Shown in pieces: positions 10,045 through 19,832 of a DNA stretch of 64,000 nucleotides. Location: the IMG/VR virus record IMGVR_UViG_3300025574_000001, positions 7,328 through 71,327 of that record; one strand, written 5' to 3'. A program made the position numbers and the translations under genes. The notes under the pieces are model-generated. The model was given only the letters and a program-made list of their open reading frames with translations, searched no databases and was not told where the DNA came from. Numbering within the stretch: the first letter of the stretch is position 1; each line of letters starts with the position of its first letter. The DNA is from a virus.

Positions 10045-10500
10045 ATGCTTTTAAAAAAACGACTACATCAAGACGCTGACAAACTTCTTATTGGACCAAA
10101 GAGAACATTTCAGCGCATCATCGTTCATTCACTTATTGATTTGGAATACATTACATCATTAACTTGTGCATGGGAGTCGTGTGTACTCCCGGGTGTTCCG
10201 CTAGCAGCAAGTGGAAGAACACTAGATGGTTTTACAATTGATCATATCATCGCAATAAATGATGGTGGCACTGACCGACCAGAAAACATACAACTTCTAC
10301 ATCACACTTGCAATATGCGCAAAGGTGCAATCTTCACTGAAGAACGTCGAGCAAAGATTGCAGAGAAGACAAAACTTAGATGGAATGACCCGGCATATAG
10401 AAATGCAATGGCCACTCGAACACGATCACAAGAAGAACATGAACATCGAGTTGCAGGAGCACAACGCGGTGATGATCATTGGAAAAGAAGGAGTGCCTAA
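10045..10500 (+). CDS. HNH endonuclease with NUMOD3-like tail
   Basis: TIDHIIAINDGGTDRPENIQLLHHTCN, followed by EERRAKIAE. Confidence 0.85.
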   Translation: MLLKKRLHQDADKLLIGPKRTFQRIIVHSLIDLEYITSLTCAWESCVLPGVPLAASGRTLDGFTIDHIIAINDGGTDRPENIQLLHHTCNMRKGAIFTEERRAKIAEKTKLRWNDPAYRNAMATRTRSQEEHEHRVAGAQRGDDHWKRRSA

Positions 10501-11021
10501 TGTTGGTGATCTTAGAAGGGCCGGATGGGGCCGGGAAAACTACTCTCGCACAAAAGATTGCGTTCAGTGTTCACGGTGTCACTGACATTCGGCATTGTAG
10601 TCAACTAAGACGTAACCCTATGGCTGAGTATGTCGAGGACTTACACATGTACGTTCCCGGCACCGGGATGAATATCGTTTACGACCGTCACTACTTAGGT
10701 GAACTTACCTATGGACCTTTGTACCGTGGCATATCACAAGTCAGCCCAAGTATTAAGACAGCGATTGAGTACCGATTAAACAAACTTGGTGCGCTTCTTG
10801 TTCATGTGACACACGATCTTCCAACGCTAATTGAACGATGTAAGGATAAGGGCGAAGATTTTTTGCAAGAAGGTGACATTTACTTTGTGCGTCAACAATT
10901 CATTGAAGAAGTTGCGGAGTCGGGAATTAGATTCAAGGCGGCTGTGACAGATGCAACAGGTCAAGACATCCTTGATATCATCTGGCTTGCACAAGAACTG
11001 GAAAAGAGAGTGAGTGAATGA
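10500..11021 (+). CDS. Thymidylate-kinase-like dNMP kinase
   Basis: ILEGPDGAGKTT P-loop and the YDRHYLGELTYGPLYR motif. Confidence 0.85.
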   Translation: MLVILEGPDGAGKTTLAQKIAFSVHGVTDIRHCSQLRRNPMAEYVEDLHMYVPGTGMNIVYDRHYLGELTYGPLYRGISQVSPSIKTAIEYRLNKLGALLVHVTHDLPTLIERCKDKGEDFLQEGDIYFVRQQFIEEVAESGIRFKAAVTDATGQDILDIIWLAQELEKRVSE

Positions 11022-11890
11022 TCGTAATCCCTAACATGCCTATTGGTTATCGCACAGTCATTGAACATGTCATTGCACGCGGGCGTCCTGTTAGTCCTCG
11101 AGGAATGCCAACGTTGGAAGTTCCTGATGTTGTTGTGCGTCTTGACAATCCGTTCTTTGCTCTTGCACTCGGTTCAACACGGAAGATCAATCTGGCGATT
11201 GCGGCAGCGGAGACTGTGCAACTTATCGGTGGGTTTCTTGACCCACAACTTTTGACCAGTGTCTCTAAGAACTTTGAACAGTTCATGGATGATGGCACCT
11301 TTCACGGTGGTTATGGCGAACGCATCGGAGATCAGATGTTGCGTGCCGCACAAAAGTTAGTGACGGATCACAGCACGCGACAAGCCGTGATTCAACTCTG
11401 GGACAAGGACAAGGATAATGAAAGCGGATATCACGATTATCCTTGCACTCTTTCACTCGTCTTTCAAGTTCGTGATGATAAGTTAGAACTTCATACCACG
11501 ATGCGTTCAAACGACGTGTGGCTTGGGTTTCCTTATGACGTGTTTCAATTCACCCAGTTGCAAATCACGATGGCACGTGTCTTGGGCTTTGGCATTGGTC
11601 CTTACTATCATCATGCTGTAAGTCTGCATCTCTATGATCGAAATCGTTTTGATGCGGAACACTTGCGCATGGTGCCAGTGACACTCATAGATAACCGTCC
11701 ACTGGGTTTCGGCAATGTACACACTGACCGAAGTATGAATATCTTTGGTGTATTACAAAGAGCCAAAGATATTGGGACAGGTAATAAAAGTGAGGTCACA
11801 AAGCGTTCACCATCAGAAGAGTGGTACGTGAAGCAGTTGGCACCACACGTTGCACCACACACAAAAGACAAAGGGACGAGAAACAAATGA
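11018..11890 (+). CDS. Thymidylate synthase-fold enzyme, probable dCMP hydroxymethylase/hydroxylase
   Basis: DYPC (Cys143) and MRSNDVWLGFPYD. Asp174 sits at the position of E. coli ThyA Asn177 and T4 gp42 Asp179. Confidence 0.8.
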   Translation: MIVIPNMPIGYRTVIEHVIARGRPVSPRGMPTLEVPDVVVRLDNPFFALALGSTRKINLAIAAAETVQLIGGFLDPQLLTSVSKNFEQFMDDGTFHGGYGERIGDQMLRAAQKLVTDHSTRQAVIQLWDKDKDNESGYHDYPCTLSLVFQVRDDKLELHTTMRSNDVWLGFPYDVFQFTQLQITMARVLGFGIGPYYHHAVSLHLYDRNRFDAEHLRMVPVTLIDNRPLGFGNVHTDRSMNIFGVLQRAKDIGTGNKSEVTKRSPSEEWYVKQLAPHVAPHTKDKGTRNK

Positions 11891-12378
11891 CGGCAATAGG
11901 ACGACGACAGAGTTGGGACAGGACGTGGATGGCCATGGCGTTTGTGATGGCACTTCGGTCAGATTGTACACGCTCACAAATAGGTGCAGTGATTGTGAAT
12001 GATAAGAATCGAATCATCGCCACCGGATATAACGGTCCACCCGCGGTAAGTCCTGTCGATTACACATGTCATCTCTCATGTCCCAGGGCGAATGGTGATG
12101 TAGGAGATCAGTACGGGTTCACTTGCATTAGCATTCATGCCGAGGCCAACGCGCTTCTCTTCTGTGATCGGTCAACGATTGAAGGTGGTTCACTCTATGT
12201 GAACGCTGTGCCGTGTCCCGACTGCGCGAAGTTGATTGCGAACAGCGGACTCACGCACGTGTACTTTGTCGATGATGGGAAACCAAATCGAATCCCACAC
12301 ACGGTTACAGAATACTTAGACCAACACGGTGTCCTAATGCTAGAGATGCAGATGCGTGATGAGTTTGCAGAACGTTAA
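11887..12378 (+). CDS. dCMP deaminase
   Basis: IIATGYNGPP, HAEANAL and PCPDCAK Zn-binding motifs. Confidence 0.92.
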   Translation: MTAIGRRQSWDRTWMAMAFVMALRSDCTRSQIGAVIVNDKNRIIATGYNGPPAVSPVDYTCHLSCPRANGDVGDQYGFTCISIHAEANALLFCDRSTIEGGSLYVNAVPCPDCAKLIANSGLTHVYFVDDGKPNRIPHTVTEYLDQHGVLMLEMQMRDEFAER

Positions 12379-14137
12379 ACTCCATTACATCGAGTCGTTG
12401 CGTGATGCTGATGAATTCATGTTATGGCTAGGTAATCAGCGTTCCGTTCTTGCAGTTGACACAGAGACGACAGGTCTCAAGCCGCACAGAGATCACGTGC
12501 GCCTTGTGCAATTTGGCGATCACGATGAAGGGTGGACGTTTCGCTGGGATCGATGGGGCGGTGTCGTTAAAGAAGTGTTTGATAGGTATGAAGGTGATTA
12601 CGTTTTTCACAACGGAAAATTCGACCTTGCGATGTTGAAGCAGTGGTGTGACGTTGTGATTCCTCCTTCACGTGTTCACGACACTGCAATCATGGCGCGA
12701 CTACTTGACCCATGTGGGTTACGTGGTCTTAAGCCGGTGGCCACGATGTTAGTCGATAGGAATGCGGGTGTTGGTCAAGCGATGTTGGATAAGGCGATGC
12801 ATGATGGTGGATGGGACTGGTCAACGATTCCGTATGACGTGCCAGCCTACACGATGTATGCCGCGATGGACTGTGTGCTGACTGTGCGTCTCTTTGAAAT
12901 TCTCTACCCACAGATCTTGACGACTTGTCCGGTGGCATATGATTTGGAACGTGAGTTCGCTTCTGTGGCGCAAAAGATCGAGGCTCGAGGATCACAGGTT
13001 GACGCGGATTACACTAAGCAAGCATTTGAAAGTCTCACCACGTATATGACGACTGCGGAACAGTGGTGTGTTGACAACTACAATGTGAAGCCAGGTTCTA
13101 ATCAAGCAGTGGTACAAGCGCTTATGAATGATGGTGTATCGTTCATCAAGACAACAAAGGCCGGTGCCGTGTCGCTTGATGCTGATGTGTTAGAAGGAAT
13201 TGATCATCCACTTGCAAAGACTGTCTTACAACGACGACAAACGCAAAAGGTAGCGAACACTTATCTCAAAAACTTTTTGGAAATGTCCGATGATCAATAC
13301 ATCATTCGCCCAGGGATGGATGCACAAGGAACTGTGACAGGTCGAATGAGTATGGAGTTGCTTCAAACACTCCCACGTCGCAATGAAGACAACCCGTTAG
13401 CGGACATCGTGCGCAACTGCATTGTGCCGCGTGAAGGTAACGTCTTGCTCTTCAGTGACTTTTCCCAGGTGGAAATGCGTATATTGGCTCACCTCACTGG
13501 TGATCCCGGATTAGCAGAAGCATTCACCCAAGATGATTTTTTTCTTAGTGTTACTCGGGAAATTTTCAATGACCAAACAATTACAAGAAAAGACCCGCGA
13601 CGACAGACCACTAAGAATGGGCTCTATGCGTGGGCGTATGGTGCGGGTGCCGATAAGTTCGCGATGACTGCGGGTATTCCAAGAGAAGAAGGCGCTGTGT
13701 TCTTCAACACAATCAAGAATCGTTTCCCGATGATGGAAGGATTCAAGAAACAAGTCGAACGTGTAGCAACTGAACGCGCACAACTGGAAGGTCGACCGTA
13801 TGTCCTGTCGCCTTTCACACGTCAGCCCTACTATCCGCAACGTGAGGATAAGATTTACGCTTTGGTCAACTACTTAATTCAAGGTAGTGCGGCATCGATC
13901 TTGAAGATGAAGGTTGTTGAACTTGACAACGCGGGTGTTGGCGATTACATCACACTCTTGATTCACGATGAAGTGATTGTGGATGCACCATTGAATATGA
14001 ATCGTGAAATCGCTGGCACGATGCAAGCGATAATGAACGATGATCACATATTGTCGGTTCCTCTTATAGCGGAACTTAGTGCGGGTTATCGGTGGGGTGA
14101 AAAGTTTGATTACCTGGGATCCTCGTTAGATGTCTAG
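12356..14137 (+). CDS. polA: DNA polymerase family A (3'-5' exonuclease plus polymerase)
   Basis: DTETTGL exonuclease motif; motif A DFSQVEMRILAH; motif B RQTTKNGLYAWAYG; motif C IHDE. Confidence 0.95.
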   Translation: MMSLQNVKLHYIESLRDADEFMLWLGNQRSVLAVDTETTGLKPHRDHVRLVQFGDHDEGWTFRWDRWGGVVKEVFDRYEGDYVFHNGKFDLAMLKQWCDVVIPPSRVHDTAIMARLLDPCGLRGLKPVATMLVDRNAGVGQAMLDKAMHDGGWDWSTIPYDVPAYTMYAAMDCVLTVRLFEILYPQILTTCPVAYDLEREFASVAQKIEARGSQVDADYTKQAFESLTTYMTTAEQWCVDNYNVKPGSNQAVVQALMNDGVSFIKTTKAGAVSLDADVLEGIDHPLAKTVLQRRQTQKVANTYLKNFLEMSDDQYIIRPGMDAQGTVTGRMSMELLQTLPRRNEDNPLADIVRNCIVPREGNVLLFSDFSQVEMRILAHLTGDPGLAEAFTQDDFFLSVTREIFNDQTITRKDPRRQTTKNGLYAWAYGAGADKFAMTAGIPREEGAVFFNTIKNRFPMMEGFKKQVERVATERAQLEGRPYVLSPFTRQPYYPQREDKIYALVNYLIQGSAASILKMKVVELDNAGVGDYITLLIHDEVIVDAPLNMNREIAGTMQAIMNDDHILSVPLIAELSAGYRWGEKFDYLGSSLDV

Positions 14138-14489
14138 CGCACTGCACATACGATTGTTCTTTGCCCATAATGGTCTTGGACCATACGCTTGTTTCTTTTG
14201 TGGTGATGATGTCACACTAGAGAAAGTAACAATTCATCATAAGAATCACAATCATGATGACAACCGAAAATCAAACTTGAAAGCATCACACTCCGGTTGT
14301 CATAGTCGACATCATGCCACCGGGCGTGTTAAATCAGATGAAGAATGCGCAAAGATTTCAATAGCGCGTAAGGGTATGTTTGAACGTGGTGAACTTGTAT
14401 CACCAACAAAAGGTGTAGGTCACACACCCGAAACTCGCGCAAAGATGAGTGCATCAATGATGGGAAACTTGAATGGAAAACGAAGGTGA
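14130..14489 (+). CDS. HNH endonuclease with NUMOD3
   Basis: GPYACFFC...IHHKNHNHDDNRKSNL..SHSGCHSRHH and HTPETRAKMS. Confidence 0.85.
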   Translation: MSSALHIRLFFAHNGLGPYACFFCGDDVTLEKVTIHHKNHNHDDNRKSNLKASHSGCHSRHHATGRVKSDEECAKISIARKGMFERGELVSPTKGVGHTPETRAKMSASMMGNLNGKRR

Positions 14490-14911
14490 TTTTTATTGGC
14501 GTGGACCCGGGGAAAACTGTTGGTCTTGCCGTTTACGATACTGATGATGCAGAGTCAATGATGGGTACTCAAATTTTATTTGATGATCTTGGCGATTGGC
14601 TAAATGTAAGTTTGGCAAATCTTAAAGGTCGTGATGTAACTGTCGCATGTGAGAGATACACAATTCGAAGTTTGAAAGTAGCGGCTGATGCGCACTGGGC
14701 AATAGAGATAATTGGAATCGTCAACTATTTGTGTAGGTGTTATTCAGTACCCGTGATAATGCAAATGCCTTCGGATGCAAAGAACTTTGCAACAGACTTA
14801 AAGTTAAGAAAAGCCAAGTGGTATATGCCAGGTAAGAATCATGCGAATGATGCGATGAGGCACATAGGATTAGCAATGGCCTCACTAAAAATTACACCAC
14901 CGTGGTTCTAA
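14486..14911 (+). CDS. RuvC-like Holliday junction resolvase
   Basis: FIGVDPGKTVGLA, VACERY and HANDAMRH acidic catalytic motifs. Confidence 0.85.
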   Translation: MIFIGVDPGKTVGLAVYDTDDAESMMGTQILFDDLGDWLNVSLANLKGRDVTVACERYTIRSLKVAADAHWAIEIIGIVNYLCRCYSVPVIMQMPSDAKNFATDLKLRKAKWYMPGKNHANDAMRHIGLAMASLKITPPWF

Positions 14912-14951
14912 AAGTAGTATTGTAAACTTAGACGAAATTGATGAAGGATGA

Positions 14952-16814
14952 TTGATGGCACTTGCCGAACTTAGTGAAGACAGTGGACGGATCTTGGTGT
15001 CCACAACGTTCAGTGAGAAGGAATTGATTAAGATGGTGCCGGGTAGTGCGTGGAGAAACAATGCATGGACCGTCCCACTGTCTTGGGGTTCGTGTGTTGT
15101 CCTCCGTGGTATTTTTCATGAGCGACTTGAAGTTGGTCCACGCTTAACAGAGTGGGCGTGGCATGAACGCAAGGAACGTGTTGACCCAGCGAATGAAATT
15201 CGCACGGTGATTGCGTGGGCCAATGATGAAGTGATGGAGCCAGGTCTCTACCCATTCCAAGACGTGGGTGTTGAGTTTCTTTATCGCGCTAAGCGTGCAC
15301 TCCTTGCTGATGAAATGGGAACAGGTAAGACGACACAAACCATCCGCGCAATTCGTCGTCTTGCTGATTGGGGTGAAGATCCGTTTCCCGTATGCGTCAT
15401 CTGTCCTAATACTGTCAAACCCGGGTGGGAAACGGAATGGAACCGTGAAGCGCCTCGAGGTGACCCGGGTGTTGACGTATTCATTGTGCAAGGTTCGTTA
15501 CCGAAACGACGTAAGATCTTCACTGATGTAACAAAGGCAATAAGTCTAGGACGTGATGTCGCGGTCGTTATCAATATCGAAGGCGTGCGTGGGCATTCAC
15601 GTCTTGCACCTTACGGAACTGTTCACTTAACTGATGCTGAAAAGGCGCTAAAGGAACTAAACGAAATCCCATTCAAGACCGTTGTTGTTGACGAGGCTCA
15701 CAGGATGAAAGATCCCAAGTCAAAACAAACACGTGCATGCTGGGCAGTGCAACACGGGAAGGATGTAAAGTTTGCATTCGCGTTGACTGGCACACCCATT
15801 GCGAATCATCCTGGTGACATATGGTCAATCATGCATGGAATCGCACCACTTGATTACCCAGTGCGTGGGAAGTTCATCGACCGGTACTGTCAACAAGGTT
15901 ACACTCCTTTTGGTGGATTGAATATCACGGGTGTGTTGCCAGCGACAAAGGAAGAGTTTGAAACTATCCTCAACCCACGTATGCGGTCAATGCCAAAGGA
16001 ACTTGTGTTGCCCTTCTTACCACCTAAGGTTCGACCAGACCCGCGCTATGTAGAGATGGGTGTGAAGCAAAAGAAGGCGTATCGACAGATGGAAGAAGAC
16101 ATGATGATCCGTCTTGAGGATGGGTCAACGATCTTCGCAACAAACTCACTTACACGTAACACACGCTTACTTCAATTCTCTTCTGCGTTCGCAACTGTTG
16201 ATGAAGCGGGTGAAGTACACTTATCTGAACCGTCATCAAAGTTAGATGAACTTGACACGATCATTGATGAAATGGATGGGCAACCACTAGTCGTTGTCGC
16301 TGAGAGTAAGCAACTCATTAACCTTGCCCAGGTGCGAATGGAAAAGCGTGGGATCACGTATCGCATGATCACAGGCGACATACCTGCCGGTCCTATCCGT
16401 GAACAAAACCGAATCGACTTTCAAGAAGGTAAGGCAAGAGTGATGTTGATGACAATTAAAGCGGGTGGTGTTGGGATTACACTTACACGTTCTGGTGTCA
16501 TTGTCTTTTTGCAACGTTCGTGGTCATTCATCGAGAACCAACAGTGTGAAGACCGATTGCACCGCATTGGTTCAGAGATTCACGACAAGATTGTGATCAT
16601 CGACATGATTGCATCCGACACAAAGGAAGAAGATCAGATTCCGCGTCTTCATGAAAAATTAGTCAGGTGGCAGGAGATCGTGCGACACCGTGAAACGTTA
16701 CTGGCAAATGGTAACGTGGAAGCAGTCGCCGCACTTGACGCAGAAAGAGCAGCAATTGAATCGAGCCCACTGTGGGAAAACGATGAAGTGAGAGAAAGAG
16801 AGAATGATGAGTGA
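14952..16814 (+). CDS. SNF2-family helicase
   Basis: LADEMGTGKT, VVDEAH, ALTGTP, GVGITL and QCEDRLHRIG. Confidence 0.93.
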   Translation: MMALAELSEDSGRILVSTTFSEKELIKMVPGSAWRNNAWTVPLSWGSCVVLRGIFHERLEVGPRLTEWAWHERKERVDPANEIRTVIAWANDEVMEPGLYPFQDVGVEFLYRAKRALLADEMGTGKTTQTIRAIRRLADWGEDPFPVCVICPNTVKPGWETEWNREAPRGDPGVDVFIVQGSLPKRRKIFTDVTKAISLGRDVAVVINIEGVRGHSRLAPYGTVHLTDAEKALKELNEIPFKTVVVDEAHRMKDPKSKQTRACWAVQHGKDVKFAFALTGTPIANHPGDIWSIMHGIAPLDYPVRGKFIDRYCQQGYTPFGGLNITGVLPATKEEFETILNPRMRSMPKELVLPFLPPKVRPDPRYVEMGVKQKKAYRQMEEDMMIRLEDGSTIFATNSLTRNTRLLQFSSAFATVDEAGEVHLSEPSSKLDELDTIIDEMDGQPLVVVAESKQLINLAQVRMEKRGITYRMITGDIPAGPIREQNRIDFQEGKARVMLMTIKAGGVGITLTRSGVIVFLQRSWSFIENQQCEDRLHRIGSEIHDKIVIIDMIASDTKEEDQIPRLHEKLVRWQEIVRHRETLLANGNVEAVAALDAERAAIESSPLWENDEVRERENDE

Positions 16815-18213
16815 TATAACAAAGGAAGTGATCGCGGCAGATAGGAAGGCGCGAAATCTTTCAAGAGCAAAGTATGCCGCGGTCTTGGGTGTTACACAAA
16901 CGCGTGTGTACAATCTGGAGATGAATGGAACGAAACCAACTGATGCTGAAGTGGCGATTCTTGAAGCATTGTTTGCAACACCAGTGGGTAGTGAAAAAGT
17001 CCCGGGTGTAAAGAAGGAACGTAAGAAGACTGTGAAGAAACCAACGTTCACGCCAACGCCACCACCAGCGTATGAGCAAGACGCTGTGATCCTCGAGGAT
17101 GATGACACCGATGAGGATGATGATTCGTTTGGTGTTGGTGACGAGGTGCAAGGTAGCATTTTCGATGAGATCCCGGATGATCAAGCGATTGCGGAATCAC
17201 GAACACCTGTGATGATGCCGACTAAGTATGCATTCAAGCATGAAGGTTATCACGTGTCGAATTCTGAACTGCAAACCTTTAAGCGGTGTCATCGTAAATG
17301 GTGGCTTGCGTACTACCGTGAACTTCGTCTTAAGAGCCCAGAGGTGACAGGACCTCGTCAATTAGGAACACGTCTTCACCTTGCGTTGTCGGCGTTCTAT
17401 TCAGTGGAACACATCGATGCAATGGAAGTTCTTGAGTCAACGATTACGTATGACCGCAAGATCTTAAGTGAAGGTACCGACATTGATGCGCTTGCGGATT
17501 TGGAAAAGGAAGCCGACCTTGCACGCATAATGTTGGAAGGTTATCTTGAGTGGGTTGCTGAGAACGGTGCTGATGAAGGTCTTGAGATCATTGGTAATGA
17601 AGAGGTTGTGGAAGTTCCGTTCGGTACGATTCTTGGTGTTGTGATTGTGTTGGTTGGCAAAATGGACATTCGTTTACGTCGAATAGTTGACCGTGCGCGC
17701 TTGTTCCTCGACCACAAGAGTGTTCCTAACTTCGTCACACCACAAAAAACGTTGCACCTCGATGAACAGATGTTGATGTATCACCTACTTGAATATCTGA
17801 CGTTCTTACAAGACGGTGTTCCCGCCAACGAAATCGAACAATCAGCGGGCGGCATTTACAACATGCTTCGCAAAGTGAAGCGAACTACGAATGCCACACC
17901 ACCGTTTTATCAGCGTGTTGAAGTGCGACACAACATTCATGAACTCCGTTCATTCTACATACGTGTGTTTGGTGAAATCACAGCCATCATGGAACTTCGT
18001 GCTAAGTTGGATGCAGGTGAAGATCCCAGGCAGGTTGCGTATCCAACACCGACTAGTAACTGTTCATGGGATTGTGATTTCATTGCTGTGTGCCCAATGT
18101 TTGATGATGGGTCAGCGGCAGAGGAGATGCTTGCGGATGTATATGAGAAGCATGATCCACACGATCACTATTATCCATATGGTGAATTTGAAGATGAAAG
18201 GAGTGGAGCATGA
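16804..18213 (+). CDS. XRE-like HTH fused to a PD-(D/E)XK (Cas4/RecB-like) exonuclease
   Basis: N-terminus LSRAKYAAVLGVTQTRVYNLE; then SNSELQTFKRCHRKW, GKMD, DHKS, QMLMY and C-terminal CSWDCDFIAVC. Confidence 0.85.
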   Translation: MMSDITKEVIAADRKARNLSRAKYAAVLGVTQTRVYNLEMNGTKPTDAEVAILEALFATPVGSEKVPGVKKERKKTVKKPTFTPTPPPAYEQDAVILEDDDTDEDDDSFGVGDEVQGSIFDEIPDDQAIAESRTPVMMPTKYAFKHEGYHVSNSELQTFKRCHRKWWLAYYRELRLKSPEVTGPRQLGTRLHLALSAFYSVEHIDAMEVLESTITYDRKILSEGTDIDALADLEKEADLARIMLEGYLEWVAENGADEGLEIIGNEEVVEVPFGTILGVVIVLVGKMDIRLRRIVDRARLFLDHKSVPNFVTPQKTLHLDEQMLMYHLLEYLTFLQDGVPANEIEQSAGGIYNMLRKVKRTTNATPPFYQRVEVRHNIHELRSFYIRVFGEITAIMELRAKLDAGEDPRQVAYPTPTSNCSWDCDFIAVCPMFDDGSAAEEMLADVYEKHDPHDHYYPYGEFEDERSGA

Positions 18214-18944
18214 TTGAAACCCTTTCGATTCTGATTCACGGATATTCAAAAGTTGGTAAGACAACACTCGCCGCGACTGCACCAGTGCCGATTCTTGCGC
18301 TTGATGCAGAAGGTGGTTGGAAGTTCTTACCTTATCGCATGGTGCAATGGGATCCAATTCAAGGACCACCGCCTTTGTATGATGGCACCTGGGACGTATG
18401 CCATGTGACCGTTCGTGATTGGGCAACAGTCGGGTACACGTTTCAATGGTTGCAGGCAGGACAACACAATTTCCGAAGTTTGGTTATTGACTCCATCACA
18501 GAGATTCAACGACGTCTTAAGGAGAATCTTGTTGGCACTGAAGCAATGCAACGAAATGACTGGGGTGTACTCTTAGCAAAAATGGATGGTGTCATTCGTG
18601 GATTCCGTGACCTTACACTTCACGCCACAAATCCAATTCAAGTTGCTGTGTTCGTTGCAGAGACACGTGAAAACAGCAAAGGCAAGATGGTACCAAAGAT
18701 GGAAGGACAAATTAGTACATCACTTCCGTATTGGACTGACCTTGTTGGATGGCTGTGGGTTCAAGATATCCCGGATGCAAACGGACAACCAAGTGGTGCG
18801 TTAGCGCGACGGTTATGGATAGCGCCTAATGAACAATTCGAAGCAGGTGAACGTGTGCAAGGACGACTGCCCGCAGTTGTTGACTACCCGAACATCACGA
18901 ACATGCTTATCGCTGTATACCCGTCTTTACAACAACAAGTGTAG
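18210..18944 (+). CDS. AAA_24 / Sak4-like recombination ATPase
   Basis: ILIHGYSKVGKTT and LVIDSITEI. Lies between the exonuclease and the SSB-like gene. Confidence 0.85.
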   Translation: MIETLSILIHGYSKVGKTTLAATAPVPILALDAEGGWKFLPYRMVQWDPIQGPPPLYDGTWDVCHVTVRDWATVGYTFQWLQAGQHNFRSLVIDSITEIQRRLKENLVGTEAMQRNDWGVLLAKMDGVIRGFRDLTLHATNPIQVAVFVAETRENSKGKMVPKMEGQISTSLPYWTDLVGWLWVQDIPDANGQPSGALARRLWIAPNEQFEAGERVQGRLPAVVDYPNITNMLIAVYPSLQQQV

Positions 18945-18968
18945 TAACTACAAAAAGAGAAAGAAGGA

Positions 18969-19826
18969 ATGATGGCAGAATTTGATTGGTCCACACTGAT
19001 GGAGCAAGCGGGTACATCGCTTGTGCCGATTCCAGATGGTGAGTATGAATTGCAGTGCAGTTCAGCGAAGCCAGGAACATCAAGTAACGGTAAGCAGACA
19101 TTCAATTGTCGATTCACCGTTGTGCAAGGACCGCACACATCACGACCCGTGTACAACACCTTCACGATTTCGCCGGAAAGTCCGCCAGCAATTGCGTTCT
19201 TCTTTCGACACATGAAGGCGTTTGGTTTGGACCTCGAATACTTTAAGAGGAACCCAACACCGGACCAAGTTGCGGATGCGTTGATTGGGAAGTTGGTTCA
19301 CGCAAAGATCGGTCACAAGACGTACCAAGGTGAAGTGCGAAACGAGTGCAATGGTTTTTCAGCATCACTGCTTGCACCCGGGAGTGTTCCTGTGACACCA
19401 ACACCAGCACCAGTTGGTGGTGGTCCAGTGACAGCACCACCGCCTCCTATCGCATCAGTTCCAACACCGGCAGTCCCGCCAGTCGCAGCCGCACCTGCAC
19501 CTATTGTTGCGCCTGCACCAGTTGCGGAGACGGTTGCACCGCCTCCTGCTGCTGTACGCACGTTCAATCCACCCGATGGTCAAGAGTGGAATGGGACAGC
19601 GTGGATATGGCCAGTGGAACGTGTCGCGGGTTGGAACTGGGATGTTGCTTCGCAGACTTGGGTAAACCCAGTTCCTGCGGCTGTGACGCCTCCACCACCG
19701 CCCGCACCACCTGCACCACCTGCACCACCCGCTGCACCCGCTGCACCAGCCGCACCGCTTGCACCTCCTGTTGCTGCCGCTCCCACGGCTGCGACAGTTC
19801 CTGGTGCACCTTCAGTTCCGTTTTAA
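18969..19826 (+). CDS. DUF669-like ssDNA-binding protein with Pro/Ala tail
   Basis: IPDGEYELQC...GPHTSRPVYNTF OB-like region, then a long Pro/Ala linker and C-terminal PF. Confidence 0.8.
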   Translation: MMAEFDWSTLMEQAGTSLVPIPDGEYELQCSSAKPGTSSNGKQTFNCRFTVVQGPHTSRPVYNTFTISPESPPAIAFFFRHMKAFGLDLEYFKRNPTPDQVADALIGKLVHAKIGHKTYQGEVRNECNGFSASLLAPGSVPVTPTPAPVGGGPVTAPPPPIASVPTPAVPPVAAAPAPIVAPAPVAETVAPPPAAVRTFNPPDGQEWNGTAWIWPVERVAGWNWDVASQTWVNPVPAAVTPPPPPAPPAPPAPPAAPAAPAAPLAPPVAAAPTAATVPGAPSVPF

Positions 19827-19832
19827 GGAAGG

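Noticed and set aside
10500-12378. SPO1/ViI-type 5-hydroxymethyluracil pathway
   Set aside because: The specificity residue is Asp rather than Asn, and no hmU DNA kinase or aGPT-pyrophosphorylase was recognised. It is disfavoured but not excluded without an assay.
12356-14137. Intein or intron in Pol A (also checked TerL and the helicases)
   Set aside because: Lengths are normal, motifs are contiguous and no C/S...HN splice motifs were seen. The HNH genes are free-standing.
16804-18213. Cas4 as part of a CRISPR system
   Set aside because: No cas1, cas2 or array. Its context with Sak4-like and SSB-like genes indicates a phage recombination exonuclease.
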